Source: Octopus bimaculoides
Lineage: Eukaryota
Direction: 5' to 3'
NCBI RefSeq assembly: GCF_001194135.2
Contig: NC_068999.1
Coordinates: forward strand, 17,028,364 to 17,092,363
Length of the DNA: 64,000 nucleotides
Shown piece by piece: positions 13,849-27,514 of this stretch. Made by a program: the position numbers and the translations under genes. The first letter of the stretch is position 1; the number at the start of each line of letters is the position of its first letter. A model generated the notes under the pieces. That model had not been told where the DNA came from. It made no database searches and saw only the letters and a list, made by a program, of their open reading frames with translations.

Positions 13849-14737
13849 GATGGCATTCCACTCGTGACCGAGGGATGTTATTGCAGACTTTAGGAACATT
13901 GTGCTCTCTAGGACTAACATATATTTTGCATTTGAGTTTCCGTTGGTGGCTAATGAGCCCTGTTCCTGACCAGCCTAGACGACTGCAAAAATTGCCAACC
14001 AAGCTTTCCCCATTCACTACACTAGCAGTGCGCTTTCGAGCAGCACACTTAGATTTTTCATGCAGAATACATACTCTCTCAAAGGTGTCGGCCCCCTCCT
14101 TAACCTGCTTCCTCTAACTGTGGCGATGGTAGGCATTGCTCTCCCAGTCAATCTCCTGCATATCACAGGCCTTTAACGAGGACTTGACACAGTCCTTAAA
14201 TCACAGCCTTGGTTTCCGCCGGGATCTCTTTCCATTAACATGTACCCCATATATGTAAAGGATCCATGTCTCACTTGAGTAAAGGAGTGATGTCAGTACA
14301 CATGCACGGTGCAGAGTAATTTTTGTTTTTTGTGATACCATGCTGTGACCAAACACGAGACTAAAGCGACCGGAAGGAATCAGTTGCTCTCTGCAACCTG
14401 AAAGATATTTCATCATCCAGTGAGCATGAACGGCTGAGTGTGCTGGTCAGGTAGTCAAAGTTTCAAAATTGTCCCTTCAACCAAGACAGCTGGTTCCACA
14501 TAGGGATTTCCTGGTGCAGGCTGGAAAATTACAACAGTCTTGTACAGGCTAATGCTGAGTCCTAATGCCTTGCAAGAAGCAGATATACCATTCATAAGTA
14601 TTTGCATGCCATCCACTGTATGAGTGACTAAGACACAGTCATCTGCACTAAGGGGGTCACGAAGAAGAGACTGGAAAGCTTTTGAATTGGCAGCAAACTG
14701 GCCCAGATTAAAGAAGCGGCCAGAAGATCGATAGCTG
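13849..14737 (-). mobile_element. RTE-clade LINE, 5'-truncated and internally deleted 3' fragment
   Basis: Peptides LLRDPLSADDCVLVTHT (decayed YADD), KTVVIFQPAPGNPYVEP, RACVLTSLLYSSETW, GKRSRRKPRL, GLISHQR. The 3' end runs into an (ATGT)n tail. Confidence 0.85.
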
Positions 14738-15154
14738 ACATACATACATACATACATGCATACATGCGTATGTAGGCTTCGCAAAGCTAAAAAGGAGAAA
14801 GCTGAGTCGATGACTACAGATCCAAGCCAACGCTGAAACTGTAGAACTTTCCAGATGTTTATTATTTAAGTATATATGAGTATGTATAGATATGTATAGA
14901 TATTTATAAGACATACATAAAACAAAACATACACATCTGCACATACACAAACATACATACATACATACATAAAAATATTCTGTTGATGTTGTTGAAATTC
15001 CAATGAAGGAACCTTGGATTTAGGTTAGAAACCGATTCTTTCTCTATTGGCAAGAAATATTGAAATGAAACAGAATAATGGCATACATACATACTTCCTT
15101 AGATACACACATACCTACCTACCTACCTACATACATACATACATACATAGATAC

Positions 15155-15185
<31 letters not shown>

Positions 15186-15349
15186 CATACATTCATTTGT
15201 CTATATATACATACATAAACATTCACACACGCACATATACAGAATTTGAAATCAGAAGATAAAACGACGCAGCTAAAAGGGGCAAACAGTTTGTTGTCCA
15301 ATCCACTGCCCTGAGAGTGTAAACAGCATGATCAGCACTCCTGCAGGCA

Positions 15350-15388
15350 CCATCACCACCACCACCACCACCACCACCACTGCAGCTG

Positions 15389-15431
<43 letters not shown>

Positions 15432-15550
15432 CACTAGCGGTAATACAGCACTAGCTGCAGAAGTAGTGATAGTAGTAGCTATAATGATGATGATGATGAT
15501 GATGATAATAATAATAATACTAATTATAATAATAATAATAACGACAACAA
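15350..15550. repeat. Compound trinucleotide microsatellite (CAC/TAC/GAT/AAT)
   Basis: Directly visible. Confidence 0.95.
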
Positions 15551-16152
15551 CATTAGTAAAGATTTAAGCAATCATTTCATTAGACGTGAAGAGAACTAGG
15601 CGGCAAATCTTCAATCGATTGTTTACTCGTTCATCATTCGTAAGAGAGAAAAAAAAAGTGATAAAATGAAATAATTTGAGTCGAGTGAAGCAGAATTAAT
15701 ATACAATGCTCGTTATCCGCATTCCGTTGAGGTTTCTACAAAAGAAATAAAAAGTAATCCACATAAATTGTTAGTGCAAGTGATGGTAATATGTTTGATT
15801 GCAATGTGCTGAAAGTTCGTAAAGAATTAGGTAAGTCCCCAGTTGGGTAAATTCGTAAGACTGACACTATTCCTATTTCAAAACATTTTACTTTTTCTAC
15901 ATTAACGACGTTGCGTTAGCAAAAATTGTCCGCAGCAGCAGCAGCAGTAGTAATAGTAGTAGTAGTTGCTGTTGTTGTTATTGTTGTTGTTGTTGCTGTT
16001 TCTGGAGAGTGAACATTTGGAGGAGGCGGATGAGAAGAATTTCGTAGCAATTTGCATAGATTTAAAGTTAATCCTATGTACACACTGCTGCTAGCCCTGA
16101 AGGCAGCAAAAGTGTACTAGTCGTCAATGTCTCATTCTTCTATATTTGTCCC

Positions 16153-16184
<32 letters not shown>

Positions 16185-16682
16185 GGTACACATACATACT
16201 TATACGTGTGTGTGAGCGTCTGTACGTATGTGTGTGTGTGTGAGCGTGTGTGTATGTGAGCATGTATTCATTTTTTGTATGTGTGTGCGCGTGCGTGTAT
16301 AGTCTACGTTGCCAAATTATATCTCTATTTGACATGGTTCTAACGAGTGTGACTCATTATGTCTATATGATCAAGCGACAGTAAACAGCCTCACAATTAT
16401 CGAATGTGTAGGTGCAACGTGTTTCCTGCTGTAACCACAAACATCATACATGACTTCTTTCCATGTTTTTTTTTTTATGTCCAGAACATCAAAATATTCA
16501 GAATTCTGTTCCCGCTTCAAAATTTCCTTTCATGCAGATTTTCAAACGAAACTACCTGCGACATAGGGAAGATCCTACAAAAGGATAGGCACAATCTCTT
16601 CCGCTGGAAGATGTTTATAGGCTTTTATGGAAATCAAATCCGTAAGTCATGTGTAATCTTAGGGATTGTTTATGTTTTATTT

Positions 16683-16820
16683 TTTGACTTGCTTCAACCA
16701 TTGGACTGCGGCCATGCCAGAGCACCACCTTGAAATGTTTAGTCAAACAATGGATCCCAATACTTATTTTAAAGCCTGGTATTTATTCTATCGATCTCTT
16801 TCTCGAACCACGAAATTAGG
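16683..16820 (-). mobile_element. SINE family A 3' fragment
   Basis: GACTGCGGCCATGCCAGAGCACCACCTTG and AAGCCTGGTATTTATTCTATCG match the family A 3' end in reverse complement. Confidence 0.75.
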
Positions 16821-17116
16821 CATTTAAAAATAAGAAGAACGTAACCATTATAGACAATTTGAAGACATTCGTGGTAGTGTCACAGCATGGCTATAAATAA
16901 ATGACTGAAAAACATAAAATAGTTCAAGGAATTATTACTGAGGTAGATGATTCACGATGTTCAGTCATAAATGACGAGGTGTCTTAAATAAGTTGCCAGA
17001 CAGTAGTCCATCGTGTAGTTTAAGTGATGAAACTTTATAAATTTTTACTAAGCTGATATATTTAATTTGCTTTAACATTTGTTGGTGAGGTTATATCAAT
17101 ATTGATTTCAATATCG

Positions 17117-17314
17117 ATTTCAAATTTTGGGACAAAACCAGTAATTTCTTGGAGACGATTACATACACATCAATACTCTACTGGTACTTATTTTATCGAT
17201 CCAGAGAGAGGATGAAATGCAGAAGTCAAGCTCGGCGGTATTTGAACGTAAAACCGGATGAAATGCCGCTCAGCTTTTCACTCAATGCACCAACAATTCT
17301 GCTAGCTCGCCAAC
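17117..17314 (-). mobile_element. SINE family B copy
   Basis: Reverse complement begins GTTGGCGAGCTAGCAGAATTGTT and contains GGATCGATAAAATAAGTACCAG, matching 31109-31340. Confidence 0.75.
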
Positions 17315-18555
17315 GAGCTTATATCAATATTGAAAAAGGAAATACAGTTTGATAAAACACACAAAGCCCGTGACTTTTCAAATGATTTCTTCTTGAAAAG
17401 TTATATCGAAGAAGAACTAAAAAATTTTCTTCATTTATTTAAATTCTTTTTCTTCTCTAGTGGTAAATGGAGAATTTGTTAGTCTTCTTATATTTCTAGG
17501 CAGCAGTCTTGATAAAAGTGGATTTCTCTTGAGACAGTTGACTTCTATGAATGCAGCGATATTTACAAAGTATATAAATAAAAAGAAAATAATACATCAA
17601 ATATTTTGTTCACTCTCTTGCAGAGATTAACTTGAGCTCAAGAAAAATCTGAATGAGGGTAATAATTATAATTGTGCAGGTTAAACTACAGATGAAGTCA
17701 AATAAAGGAATTTTATCTATGCTACATCGTAAAGAGTAATACCGATAGATGTTATACGATACGAATTACGAGACCTTCTTAACACGCTATATTTAACTTG
17801 CCATGTCTGAAGAGAGACTAAGTCAAACACACAATATTGATTGCATAGAGATATTCAAACCCATACACAGATACAACTTACACAAACATTTATATTGACG
17901 CAGATAAGTTGTGAGTGGTTTCAAATAGAAGCAAGAATACTCAACATAGTGTAGTCTTAAGAAAAATAATTGGACAAAAACCAGGCGCCTCACGTGTTTA
18001 GAGGGCCAGTTCTGATTTATGTATGCTGTAACTTGTTATCAAGAATTAATATACAGCCGAAGTCTTTGAGATACTCAGAGAAATATACTGCTACTGACAC
18101 AACCCTGATTCAATATGGTGGTTTAGAGTGAATACGTTTTTATAATTAATATCATAAACATACATAGTTTCTTATGATATTAGGTTTCATAGGCAAATAG
18201 AGAAAACATCTTTCAAATGACGATGAGTTGAGAGAAGGTTCTCTTTCTTCAATAACGATTTAGAATTTGTATTCGCTTTTATCTTTCATAATCAGTTGTT
18301 AATATCCGATCGTGTGTGTGCGCAACATAAAAGGTTAAATGAGAAGGCTGCCGTTTAACATGGTTATAAATAATCGCATCATGCACGTGGTTCGTATATG
18401 AATATTCATGTATATGCATGTTTATGAACATACGTATATACATACACACATACATACAGGTTTATATACATACATCCATATACATGTAGTTATACACACA
18501 AACACACATATATAAAGTGTATATATGTTTGTATGCATGTATGAATATATATATA

Positions 18556-19125
18556 NNNNNNNNNNNNNNNNNNNNNNNNNNNNNNNNNNNNNNNNNNNNN
18601 NNNNNNNNNNNNNNNNNNNNNNNNNNNNNNNNNNNNNNNNNNNNNNNNNNNNNNNNNNNNNNNNNNNNNNNNNNNNNNNNNNNNNNNNNNNNNNNNNNNN
18701 NNNNNNNNNNNNNNNNNNNNNNNNNNNNNNNNNNNNNNNNNNNNNNNNNNNNNNNNNNNNNNNNNNNNNNNNNNNNNNNNNNNNNNNNNNNNNNNNNNNN
18801 NNNNNNNNNNNNNNNNNNNNNNNNNNNNNNNNNNNNNNNNNNNNNNNNNNNNNNNNNNNNNNNNNNNNNNNNNNNNNNNNNNNNNNNNNNNNNNNNNNNN
18901 NNNNNNNNNNNNNNNNNNNNNNNNNNNNNNNNNNNNNNNNNNNNNNNNNNNNNNNNNNNNNNNNNNNNNNNNNNNNNNNNNNNNNNNNNNNNNNNNNNNN
19001 NNNNNNNNNNNNNNNNNNNNNNNNNNNNNNNNNNNNNNNNNNNNNNNNNNNNNNNNNNNNNNNNNNNNNNNNNNNNNNNNNNNNNNNNNNNNNNNNNNNN
19101 NNNNNNNNNNNNNNNNNNNNNNNNA
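18556..19125. other. Assembly gap (N run) flanked by (AT)n
   Basis: N run. Similar large gaps at 32479-32765, 38290-38980, 39759-40152, 54355-54756, 59964-60258, 61082-61727 and 62852-63395. Confidence 1.
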
Positions 19126-19604
19126 TATATATATATATATATATATATGTATACATAATATAATATAATATAATATATATATAGAGAGAGATGAATAGAA
19201 ACTGAGAGAATGAAAGGGGGAGAGAATAGGGGAGAGAGAAATTAATTTACAAGAAGTTTAATTAATTATACCAATTTGAGTAACTCTTTAGAGAAAATAA
19301 AACAAACTTTAATCGATGTATATTTTCACTGTTAAATTTTAATACAACCGACATTATACAGTAACAGCACCAAATTGGAACACTAAATACAAACAGACTT
19401 ATTGACTTGCCTCAAACTACGTATTTATCAAGCCACTGATATCCGCTGCTAGTTCTTTTAGACGGAATTTATTGAATCTCAAATTGCTGATTAGTATATC
19501 TAATATCATGTTTAAAACTAAATTAGAAACTATTTCGAATTTTTTTTATCTTGCGTAGAATTACACATCTGCTCTTGAAGGTAACGAAACGTAACTAAAT
19601 ACCG

Positions 19605-19606
19605 CC

Positions 19607-19649
<43 letters not shown>

Positions 19650-19930
19650 CACTACTACCACCGCCACTACTACTATTACTATTACTACTGCTGCCACTGC
19701 TAGGACTACTACGACTACTGTTGCTGTTGCTTCTACTACTACTGTTGCGGTGGATGATGCTGCTGTTGATATTGATGACGATAAGGATGATGTGATGATG
19801 ATGATGATGGTGATCATGATAATGATGATGCTGGTGTTGATGATGGTGATCATGATGATGACGAGGAGGATCCTCCAACCCTCACCTACTACTACTACTA
19901 CTACCACTACTAATACTACTACTACTATTA
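19605..19930. repeat. Compound trinucleotide microsatellite (TAC/GAT)
   Basis: Directly visible. Confidence 0.95.
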
Positions 19931-20010
19931 AATACATGGTGCTTTACACATTCTGATGAGAGTTGGGGCTGCACCATACACCGAGGTTTCCACCGTGTCC
20001 CCATTCGGCT

Positions 20011-20075
20011 ATTGCGTGTCCCTACTCTAACAGTGGATTAATTGCGTGTCCCTACTCTAACAGTGGATTAATTGC
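20011..20075. repeat. Perfect 30-bp tandem duplication
   Basis: ATTGCGTGTCCCTACTCTAACAGTGGATTA at 20011-20040 and 20041-20070, plus ATTGC. Confidence 0.95.
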
Positions 20076-20244
20076 TTAATTAAAGACCTTGCAAAGCACA
20101 GAAGGCAAAGATGCTACTCTGGTCATCCTCATAGGCAACAGGTCATACGAATACGTATGACATGTTTATAGAAGGGAATCACATGGACAGATATTATAAA
20201 ATATACTCACGAATAAAAACTATTCCAACGCTAGTAAGTAGGAA

Positions 20245-20299
<55 letters not shown>

Positions 20300-20711
20300 T
20301 GTTATTGTTGTTGCAGTTGTGGTTGTTGATATATCTATTAATATCGTTAAATATATTAAGCATTATTTTATTTGCTAAGCAACATCTAATTTGAGAGGAG
20401 AGGAAGAGGTTTCCAGCAGGTGGAGTGTCCGAGCAGAAAACTCTTCCCTCTGTGGTTCGAAATATAAATTTTCAAATAGTTTTGCACGACATCAGATTCG
20501 ATCGAACTTAGCGAGCCTGAACTGTATCCAAGTAGCCACCATCTTGTCTGTTTATACATCAGGAATGAAACTGTCGGATGTTTATTTTATTTAAACCGGA
20601 AGAACCTGATTTTAGCAGGATTTGGCTGCTAATTCAAAAAGATCCGACAAAGAGAGAAACGAAATTGTTAAACAGCGATACAGTACCCCCCCCCCACCAA
20701 AGGAACTCAAT

Positions 20712-20883
20712 AGGAATGGCTGTGTGGTAAGTAGCTTGCTAACGAACCACATGGTTTCCGGTTCAGCCCCACTGCGTGGCACCTTGGACGAGTGTCTTCT
20801 ACTATAGCCTCGGGCTGACCAAAGCCTTGTGAATGGATTTGGTAGACGGAAACTGAAAGGAGCCCGTCGTATATATGTATATA

Positions 20884-20923
<40 letters not shown>

Positions 20924-21130
20924 TGTCTGTATTTGTTCTCCCAACATCGCTAGACAACCGATGCCGGTGTGTTTACGTCCCCGTAACTTAGTGGTTCGGC
21001 AAAAGAAGCCGATAGAATAAGTACTAGGCTTACAAAGAATAAGTCCTGGGGTCGATTTGCTCGACTAAAGGTGGTGCTCCAGCATGGCCACAGTCAAATG
21101 ACTGAAACACGTAAAAGAGTAAAAGAGTAA
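20712..21130 (+). mobile_element. Full-length tRNA-derived SINE family A with internal (AT)/(GT) microsatellite and (AAAAGAGT)n tail
   Basis: A-box-like TGGCTGTGTGG (20717-20727), B-box-like GGTTCAGCCC (20760-20769), internal (GT)n, 3' end GGTGCTCCAGCATGGCCACAGTCAAATGACTGAAAC followed by GTAAAAGAGTAAAAGAGTAA. Several related copies occur in the window. Confidence 0.9.
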
Positions 21131-21994
21131 CCTCTTTTCTCAAGTTCTCTTTTTCAGGCATTGAAATACATGATTAATATGAGCGGTGGTTTGGATTATG
21201 ACTTATTCTGGGAGAGTGGGGCAGATAGTCGAAGAGATGATAGATTTCAGATCTCATACATAGATATACTTATATTAGCATCGTTAAGTAAAAATGATTC
21301 TAGTTATTATTATTATTATTATTATTTTCGATGAGTGAAACTTTTATCTGAAAGCATATTAATGCACGTGGAAGAGAAAGCATTTCTCAGATATTCTCTA
21401 TTCCACGTACGGGAAATATGTAACAATTTGAAATACCAAATTCGTTATTTCAAAGATCATTACGTACATGCATCACTCAAAATCAATTGTCATTTTATGT
21501 ATTTCATTATATTGATTTTATTTTTATCTGAAAATGCACTTTACTTCCTCCGTNNNNNNNNNNTCTAGCTCTCTATGTATCTATATCTATCTATCTATCG
21601 ATATCTATCTATCTAGCTATCTACATCTATCTATCTATCTATCTATATGTCTGTCTATCTATTTCTCTATTTAGCTATGTATGTATGTATGTATCTATCT
21701 ATCTATCTGCATCTCTCCCTCTCTTTCACTCCATCTCTCTTTCCATCCTTCTCATTCACCCTATCTATACTATCTCATTCTGCAAATTTATCTTTCTGTA
21801 TTTTATACTCCCTCAATGACCTCGCAGAACTCAATTTCCTGAACTGGAAATGCACTAAAAGACGGGATTAGCTGTCAAATAAATATATACTTGCCCTGTT
21901 ATTCACCCAATATAAATTTGATGGCGTTTCACTCGCTGCTATGTATATTCACAAGGGAGAAAGAACGTTCTAAATTTATAATTTATAAATACTA

Positions 21995-22030
<36 letters not shown>

Positions 22031-23404
22031 TTGCAACTGCTGCTAACACGACAACGACGACGGCAGTGGCAGCAGTGCTCAACAAATAAAATGATGATTA
22101 ATATATTTAACGATATTAAGTCATAGCAACAACAACAACAACAACAAGAAGTATTACTACTACTGCTACTGCTGCTGCTACTACCACTACTAGCGTTAGA
22201 ATAGTTGTTATTCGTGAGTATAATTTCAAATTTGAAAGTTAAAATGGCACCAAACATTACTATGAAACCTTATTATAGAGACACACATCGGTACCTGTGC
22301 ATTAAATCATATCATTCAATTTGTACATGTTAGCATACCAAACTGTCTAGTCAGGAGATTGTACACCGTTGTTGGTGATATAAATATCCGAAAAGCAAAA
22401 TCCATAGGATTTGGCTTTACTTATACACTTATAAGAAATGAATGATAACAAGTAAAACGAATAGTTAAAGAGTTACTTCGAGCAAGTAACCTTTAAAGAG
22501 GAACGGGAATGGGGTACTTTGTGTCAGGACGCATAATTCAGTAATTTGTATATCATTAAATTTGGAAATCAATTTTGTTCATTAACAGAAAAATTTCATA
22601 AATTGAATGATTTTCTTAACAACCGAACGTTTGATCAACGCGAACTACAACCAAAAGCTTCAGAAGATTTGTTGACAAAGGCAAAGTTTAATGAAAAGAC
22701 GGCATAATTCAACACGTTTTAACCACGATTGCATGCGTTGTAGAATATGTCAATCTATATATATTCATACGCAATTTATGTGTTTACTATATCAACACTG
22801 AGAGTGGAAAAAATATTTGCAAATACAAATATTAACTACATATCCAGAAATGTTATTCGCTATATGAAATGATAGAATTGTAGAGAGATAAGTATTAGCC
22901 AAATTAGAAATACGTGAGGAGAACGCTTTAGAGTACTCTGCCAGTGAGTAAGAGACACTGCTTTCGGAAAATCCCATTTAATAGTAATGTTACGAAGGTG
23001 TTGTGAGAAAAAAAAATCCATTTTATAAATTAAATCACTCAATTGAAGGTTTTAAGGAAGTAAAAGAAGAAATATTACTGGTAATTTCAAACCAGTTTAC
23101 ACGGGACACTAATATGTGAAAATGGATGTGATTGAAAAAGAGCGTTCAATTACTTTATCATAATTCTACAAGTATTTATATATTATGACCTTGATCTGTA
23201 GAGCAATAAACGAGAGTGATGGTAACGGTTGCTTTGCAAATATTCATCTTGAGTACACACACGCACAACACACACATATACACATATACGGGTTATAGTC
23301 CAAATTCCAAATGCAATATGTGTGAATGTGTATGTGCGTGTGTATGCATGTGTATGTGCGTGTGTATGCATGTGTGTATGCATGTGTATGTGCGTGTGTG
23401 TGTG

Positions 23405-23600
23405 TGGGGGGGTGCCTGTCGCCTTAGCAGCGCACGACCGCTGTTGGTTTGTTGATGTCTGTGAAATCTAGCTGTTCCACAAAAGTGAATGATAGAATAA
23501 GTACTAGAATTTAACAAAAGAAATACTAGTATCGATTTTTCGACAAAATTTTTGAGGGTGATACACCAAATTAGCTGCAGGCCAATGACAGAATAAATTA
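23405..23600 (+). mobile_element. Old SINE family A 3' half
   Basis: GATAGAATAAGTACTAG and a degenerate GCTGCAGGCCAATGACAGAA 3' end, following (GT)n. Confidence 0.6.
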
Positions 23601-24511
23601 ATACACAGCAGATAAACATACACCAGCTCATATATTTGTAAGCTAAGATTTATTAAATTGGTTGAAGTATGGTTATTTAATGCCTTCCCAGTATAGCGTT
23701 AAACAGGCATAAACATCCTATGTTTTTGCATGAAATCTGATACAGAAAGCGATTCTGATGGTCCTAATCCAGTTAGCAGTTGTGGCTACTTTTGTACTTA
23801 GTTACCTGCAGAAAATCCGTAGTATTGAAATCTGTCTAGTCCTAGATTTTGTCAAACCAGGATAATATAAGCACACATAACGACAGATGCACAACTACAT
23901 GTGCGTATGTGTATACATAGCTAATATTTTAGTTATGCTTGTGATCTATGCACATTTGATATATGCTAAAGATATTTCCAGCCTGATCCATTGAATTACT
24001 TCTCAAATATATGAGTGTCAGTTCATCTAACTCAGAGACTTCTGAACTTGTAGGTTGAGTCATTCACCTTCTCATACTTGAAACCATTCATCATGTATTA
24101 CTTTAAACCTATTAATGTTTAGAACGATGAAATTGCTTCGGATCCTACACATAGCGTCAGATAAATATGTCTTGCCACACAAATGTATCACAGGTAAATA
24201 TAATCATTTTTTAAAAAATTCTACGGTGCTTAGAGATGGTTAGCAGTTGCTATTGATTTCTCTCTTAGACATTTATACTACTATGGGCAAGGAACAGCCG
24301 ATTATATAGAAACCGAGCAATACACATGTATTTATTTTAACTGCTGCATGCCATAAAGAGGAAATTAGAGTTTACATTTAATCGAAATCAAGATGTATAA
24401 GCTTACAAATATATTGGATAAAGTATTTTGTGACACAATAAGATGGTTTGTTAAGCTTTTACTTTATTAGCAGATATGTTGCGAGGAAGGTTTATTATTG
24501 CGAGGTCTACA

Positions 24512-24695
24512 GCGTTGAGTTAGCGGAATCGTTAGTGCGTCGGTCAGAATGATTAACAGCATATCTTCTGACTCACTGCTTTTGACTTCAAATATCGGGG
24601 CCGACGAAATAAGAACCAGTCAAATAATTGGATCGCTGCAATCGACTGGGTCCTCAAAATTGCTGGCCTTATACCGAGTTCAAAAATATGTTTTA
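24512..24695 (+). mobile_element. Old, internally deleted SINE family B
   Basis: Head GAGTTAGCGGAATCGTTAGTGCGTCGG and tail CCTCAAAATTGCTGGCCTT. Confidence 0.55.
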
Positions 24696-27514
24696 TACCT
24701 TTTTTTATAATTGCTAAATGTGCGAATTTATGATAACAACCAACACACTTTTCAGGGCTTCTATTACTGCTGAGACGTATGAGATAGGTATCCTCAGTCT
24801 ATATGCATGGAATCGTCAAATGTTCATGTACTGGTGCCAAAACGGGCCATATGTTATTTCTAGCAGCCAGGAATAAGAAATATTTCTCACACGAGCTTCG
24901 AAAGAATTCTTAGCTATTAACTGCTTTGGGTTATCTCAAGCTACGACAACCCGTCGCTTGCCCTAAAATCTTCTCAAAGGCTCGAATTCGAAGCCCCGTA
25001 GTTATGAGACTAACTACTTTACCAGTCAGTTATATCACACTGTCTTTATTGTGTTAATATTGAATATTAATATAAAGAAATTCTTGGGTGTATAATTTAT
25101 ATTGGTGTGCACAGCAGAGCACGAAATAATCGTTCAAAGCAATCGACCGTGGAATGCATTCAGCTACTACTTGTTTCAATATCTTTTCCATTTGGCCAAT
25201 AATGATTCCTAGCATTTACAAGGGCCACTGATTTTTAGAGAGAGCAAAATCGATTATCTCGACCCCAGACATTGAATCATTCTTGAAAGCTTTAAGGCAA
25301 ACAAGAGCCCCGTGTGGGATTTGATCCTGTAACCTAAAGAAATATAACAAAATCCCGCCAATCATATTGTATGGAACTTTACAATTTCAGTAATCGCTTA
25401 GATCAATATCTCTGCTAAATAGATGATAGTCACATTACTTCTTTTCAACTCTAAAATATTAGATCGTTATGTTTTATGATAAAAAAACTGCGATAAATTA
25501 AATACCCATCAATACACAAATCAATAAAGAAACAAAAAAAAAATTGAACTGCTTTTATCTAAATAAATACATTTGGGTACTTAATATTTTCTGAATAAAT
25601 TATGAGTTAAAATTCCCTAGAAATGTGTAAAATATGGCAATCATTTCAGTTATCTACTTTTATCTTTTGGCTTTTGTCACGCCTCCTCAAAATCAAACTG
25701 AAACAATATCATCTATACTAGTTTTTATTCAGGATGCGTCAAATTGTCAGAATAGTAAGTACATCGCATAGAATGCCTTGCGGTGTTTATTACGATGTTC
25801 TCTATCTTGAATACAAATTCCATCTTGAACGAATTTGCCTATTCTCTTCTCGGCTTCGAATGGTAGTATATATGACTAGTGCGTCAGGACAAGATGTGTT
25901 GCAGTTTCTGTCCCGATCCGAGTTCAAATTCAACCTATTTATTCAAATCCTGCTGGTAGTAATATCCAGCCGCAGACCAAATATTGATTATGAATATGTG
26001 CAACCTGGAATGTGTGGACGACTGAGGCAGCCGTTCTTTACTATAGACAAACGACGATAAGGATGTAATTAGAAAGATGAAGAACAATATTACTCCCAAA
26101 GAGCTAACAGTGATATTTACTTATAATTAATTATTTATTATTAATTAATTTTGTGTGCTATTGCTCATATATAGTTCTTTACAGTATTTAATATTATGAT
26201 TCTGCTTACTGTAATCATTTGAAATCCCACGCAACCGAAATTGATTTTCAGAATTTACGAACAGGATTAAATAAAATACAATAAATATATTGGATACATT
26301 AATTCGACTGTACACTTCTTCCTGTACAGAGTTTGGCCATGTGCCTAGATCCTGTTCACATCAAAAACAAAATCAATATTTCCTATTAACTCGTTGATAA
26401 CAAGCTTTCAAATTTACAATAGTGAAATTATTTACTTCACATTAACGTAGCCACAATACCTGTCCACTTAAAATAATTTCTTTATTGGCAGCGTGATGCA
26501 AGATTAATATATTTATGTATGTGTTAGCGTTATAACTGATGATAACACTTATTGCTTTGAATGTGTTGCATTACAGGCAAGCTGATTGCCAATTAAAATA
26601 GATATAAGCTGTCATTTATATTGCCGTTCAAGTTAACTGTATGTATAATGTAGTTTAGACTTTAAAGAAACTAACGTTGTCTATTGAATTTCCATGTTAA
26701 TCTTATAATTAAAGGTTATTCGTTTAATATATACATATAAACATCTCTATTAAGAATGCATTCATTGAAATAGTTTTCTTCAAAGTTACCAAGGGATAAA
26801 AAATACTGACTTGGTTCTAATACATTGAAATATGGTATGCATTAAACTCACTCGAATAGCAAACATATTCAACTCTAAAAAAAAAAACAGAAAGAAACTG
26901 TGCCGATTGAACCAATAATAACTTCTTTTGGTGCACGTGACAGTTTAAAATCTAAATGTATCATTCATCGATTTTTTTTTCTTGCAAGACTAATGTAATC
27001 AACAGAAGAAGAACAGTCAATCAAACTCAACAATGAAGATATTAATTTAATCTCTTATATAGGACAAACTGTCTCAGAGATGCATTGGGTGGGAAGACAG
27101 TTCTGCAATGTTCAAGTATTTTCTCAAGAGAATTAGATGCATAAATGAATTTTAAAAAATTCGAAGCTGACTGGTCGACTCAACTGATTAAGCGGTTAAC
27201 TCCTTCGCTGTGACTTACTTTACAGTACAATAATATATTCGTATTATTCATTAATTTCCCAGCTATATGTTTACAACGGTTAGCATTAGTCTTTCCATAT
27301 GAACTTGAAGAATATTTTCTATAAGATATAAATAAGGAATTGCTCAATGTAAGATTCCATACGTTCTCAAATGGTCATATATTTGTGTTCAAAGATATTA
27401 ATTGTTTATGGCTGAGGCATAATTCTAGTAATTTTGAGGGAAAGGATTAGCTGATACCATTAATCCTACACTAAGCAAAGGTGACTTCAATGGAATTTGA
27501 ATGCAGCATCTAAA

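Noticed and set aside
21148-21290. Open frame ALKYMINMSGGLDYDLFWESG after a strong acceptor
   Set aside because: No convincing donor, no recognised homology, and the pyrimidine tract directly abuts a SINE tail.
26315-26375. Zinc-knuckle-like peptide SSCTEFGHVPRSC
   Set aside because: The first Cys of CX2CX4HX4C is missing in frame, the ORF is short and there is no gag context.
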